Below, in pieces: positions 61,901-64,000 of a DNA stretch of 64,000 bases (positions are counted from its first letter, which is position 1; each line of letters starts with the position of its first letter). The stretch is from Dudresnaya verticillata (taxonomy: Eukaryota). The DNA is taken from NCBI GenBank assembly GCA_977862235.1, contig OZ374560.1, forward strand, positions 558,001 to 622,000, given 5' to 3'. A program made the position numbers and the translations under genes. The notes under the pieces are model-generated. The model made no database searches. It saw only the letters and a list, made by a program, of their open reading frames with translations, and was not told the origin of the DNA.

Positions 61901-63611
61901 TCGCAACTGCGTTACTTGTGCGAAGAACCGCGTTCTGCTACGAAAGAACGTGAAAGAAATGAAGCTGTTCCCGGCTACCGAGACGATTGCGTTCGTTTGT
62001 ATCGATATACTCGGGGAGCTCATACGTCGAAACGAGGGAACAGGTTCCTCCTTGTAATTGTCGACCGCTTTTCGAAGCTAGTCAGGACGGTACCCTTGCG
62101 TACAGTTACGGCTCTGGAAATTTCAAAAGCGTTCGTCCGACATTGGGTATTCGTATATGGTCCGCCGAAGCGCCTACTGCCAGATAATGGGCGGCAGTTT
62201 GTCGCCAAACTATTCCAGGACGTCTGCCGACTACTGGGGTTCGAGAATCGCTTCACCACGACCTATCACCCTCAGTGCAACGGACAGGTGGAACGGTTTA
62301 GCCGGACGATACTCGCATCATTACGTCACTACGTGGCAGACCACCCTTTCGACTGGGATATGTTCACGGATGCTTCGACTTTCGGTTACAACACGCAGAT
62401 CCACTCGTCCACACAGTTATCGCCGTTCGAGCTGGTACTCTCCCGACCACCACTCCCGTTGTCGCTTCAAGCGGAGCCGTCGCTGGAAAGCGTCCCGACC
62501 GGTGGTCAATACTACACTAGTGGAGAGCATGGCTGACCGTATTGATGAGCATCGCGACGGCGACGTTGGCGCAAACGCAAGCTCGCTATAAGCGGAACTT
62601 CGACGCCCTACTGCGGAAGTGCGCCGAGAAGATTGTCGCTGGTGACGTCGTATTTGTACGCAAGGAATAATTCGCCAGAGGCGGCTCGAGGGATCAAGCA
62701 GAGCGAAATAACAAGTTAGCGCAGTGGCGGATGGACCCTGCAGAGTAATCAGAGTCGAAGACGGCACGATTACTGTCGGCAAGGGACGTAACGAACGCGA
62801 GCGCTTGTCGAGGGACCGCGTGGTTTGGGCACCGACCCCTCCGGGTCATGTCCCGATTAGCACCCCCGCGACCGCGGATATTCCGTCCAATGGCGCGCCG
62901 CCGAGCCAAGGAGTCGTCAACGACGGGACGAACGTCGCTACCGCGATACCCCCGAATGGGGGTGATCAAGAGATGCGTGGCGGCCATTCACCACAGGCGT
63001 CCATTCGCGGCTTAGACGAGTTGGCTCCGTTCGAAGCTGGGCCCGGTAGTGAGTCATCGCGTTCCGTCTCAGACGAGGACCAACCGCAGGGCGTCCACAC
63101 CCGACTCGGCGTCACTAGGCATACTCCGGCCACGCCGCCGGCTGACCCGACTAAGAGCGCCACTGACGTAACCAAGGCTACGCTAAGGATCGAAGGTCAA
63201 ACCCCGACTGTGTCGGCGGCGCAAACGCAAGAAGCAAGCGCATCTCCCGCCGAAGGCGTTCGTTCAGCTATACGAGACGCTACCCGCCCCCGGCGATCCT
63301 CGCGCCGAGTACGCTTCGCGGGACCGTCGGACGCCCACGGCGAAGGACCAAAGCAGCCGATGGACCCCCCCAAGGGGAAACGTAAGCAACCAGTTGCTGA
63401 CAGCGAAGGAGAATACGTCATCGACCGGATCGAGAAGCACGCGTTCGTGTATGACGGAGAGATCCTCTACTTCGTGAAATGGTTCGGATACGCTGCCACA
63501 GCGAACACGTGGGAACCGGTGTCGAACCTACTCCGTTCGCATATCGTGCGGTACCACCGCCAAAAGCGAACGGACACTCCAACAAATATCGACGACGCTC
63601 GTTTCGGGTAA
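58905..63611 (+). pseudogene. pol of element B (PR, RT, RNase H, integrase, chromodomain); frameshifts and stops in the integrase part
   Basis: ILDTGAGPN; WASPIVFAPKKDG; RFCVDYRRLN; LVYLDDV; CDASDY; AHPGG...CVTC; YHPQCNGQVER; YVIDRIEKH...YFVKWFGY...NTWEP. Confidence 0.95.
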
Positions 63612-63746
63612 GACGCCCCGACCACTCACGAAAGGACGTGCGTCCTGGAACGCCCAGGGCGGATATTCATAGGTGCACCCCACGACGGGAGTGTCAGCCA
63701 GAACGGGCCGAAGTGCTGACGCCACAAAAGCCCCCAAACGTCTGCG

Positions 63747-63816
63747 CCCGGGGGACAGCACCCGGGGGAAAATAACAAAAACCCGGGGGACAGCACCCGG
63801 GGGAAAATAACAAAAA
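63747..63816 (+). repeat. 2x 35-bp tandem repeat in the 3' UTR of element B
   Basis: cccgggggacagcacccgggggaaaataacaaaaa occurs twice in tandem. Confidence 0.9.
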
Positions 63817-64000
63817 CAACAAGAGAAATAATTATTCGCCATAGACGCCTCCCTAACGGCCAAGTGTCGCCCCGAACGGTCGGAGGGAAGTCTCGCTACC
63901 ACTACTCGCGAGGAAGGGACGCTGGCCGTCTCGATCGGCCAACTACGTGACCCACGTCGGCCGCCACCACTAAGTCCTCGCAGAAATGCGCCGCCTGTCA

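Larger units (their letters stand above)
55363..64000 (+). mobile_element. Chromodomain Ty3/gypsy element B; 3' LTR lies beyond the window
   Basis: 5' LTR 55363-56241, PBS, gag, long pol ORF and chromodomain are present in order. Confidence 0.95.

Noticed and set aside
1..64000. Fanzor/TnpB nuclease, tyrosine recombinase, viral capsid or polymerase, rRNA and tRNA genes
   Set aside because: I looked for their motifs in the ORF track and in several manual translations and saw none. Heavily decayed copies could be missed without an HMM search.

Overview
Eukaryotic nuclear DNA, most likely from a florideophyte red alga. This is an inference from the intronless genes, the secreted malectin protein with PSPAPS repeats and the dense chromodomain Ty3/gypsy content. 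Only two apparently intact host genes are present, both on the minus strand in the first 5.4 kb: a divergent 40S ribosomal protein S10, and a secreted protein built from malectin, a basic Pro/Ser repeat linker and a bacterial-type C-terminal domain. About 9-12 kb is a mosaic of gene fragments: a non-LTR endonuclease, a very GC-rich acyltransferase-3 fragment, an acidic segment and a frameshifted bZIP gene. From 12.3 kb to the end the window is a nested pile of transposons. A small PIF/Harbinger element holds a full-length chromodomain gypsy element (A), which itself holds three solo LTRs. Next come a second full-length gypsy element with a WLDD reverse transcriptase (E), further solo LTRs, decayed ORFs of unknown function, a decayed Ty1/copia element and decayed gypsy elements (G, H). 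A fairly well-preserved gypsy element (B) runs off the right edge. No rRNA, tRNA or CRISPR array was seen. The best candidates for something undescribed are the malectin fusion protein, the gene-fragment mosaic, the WLDD gypsy clade with no tRNA primer site, and antisense ORFs in gypsy 3' regions.
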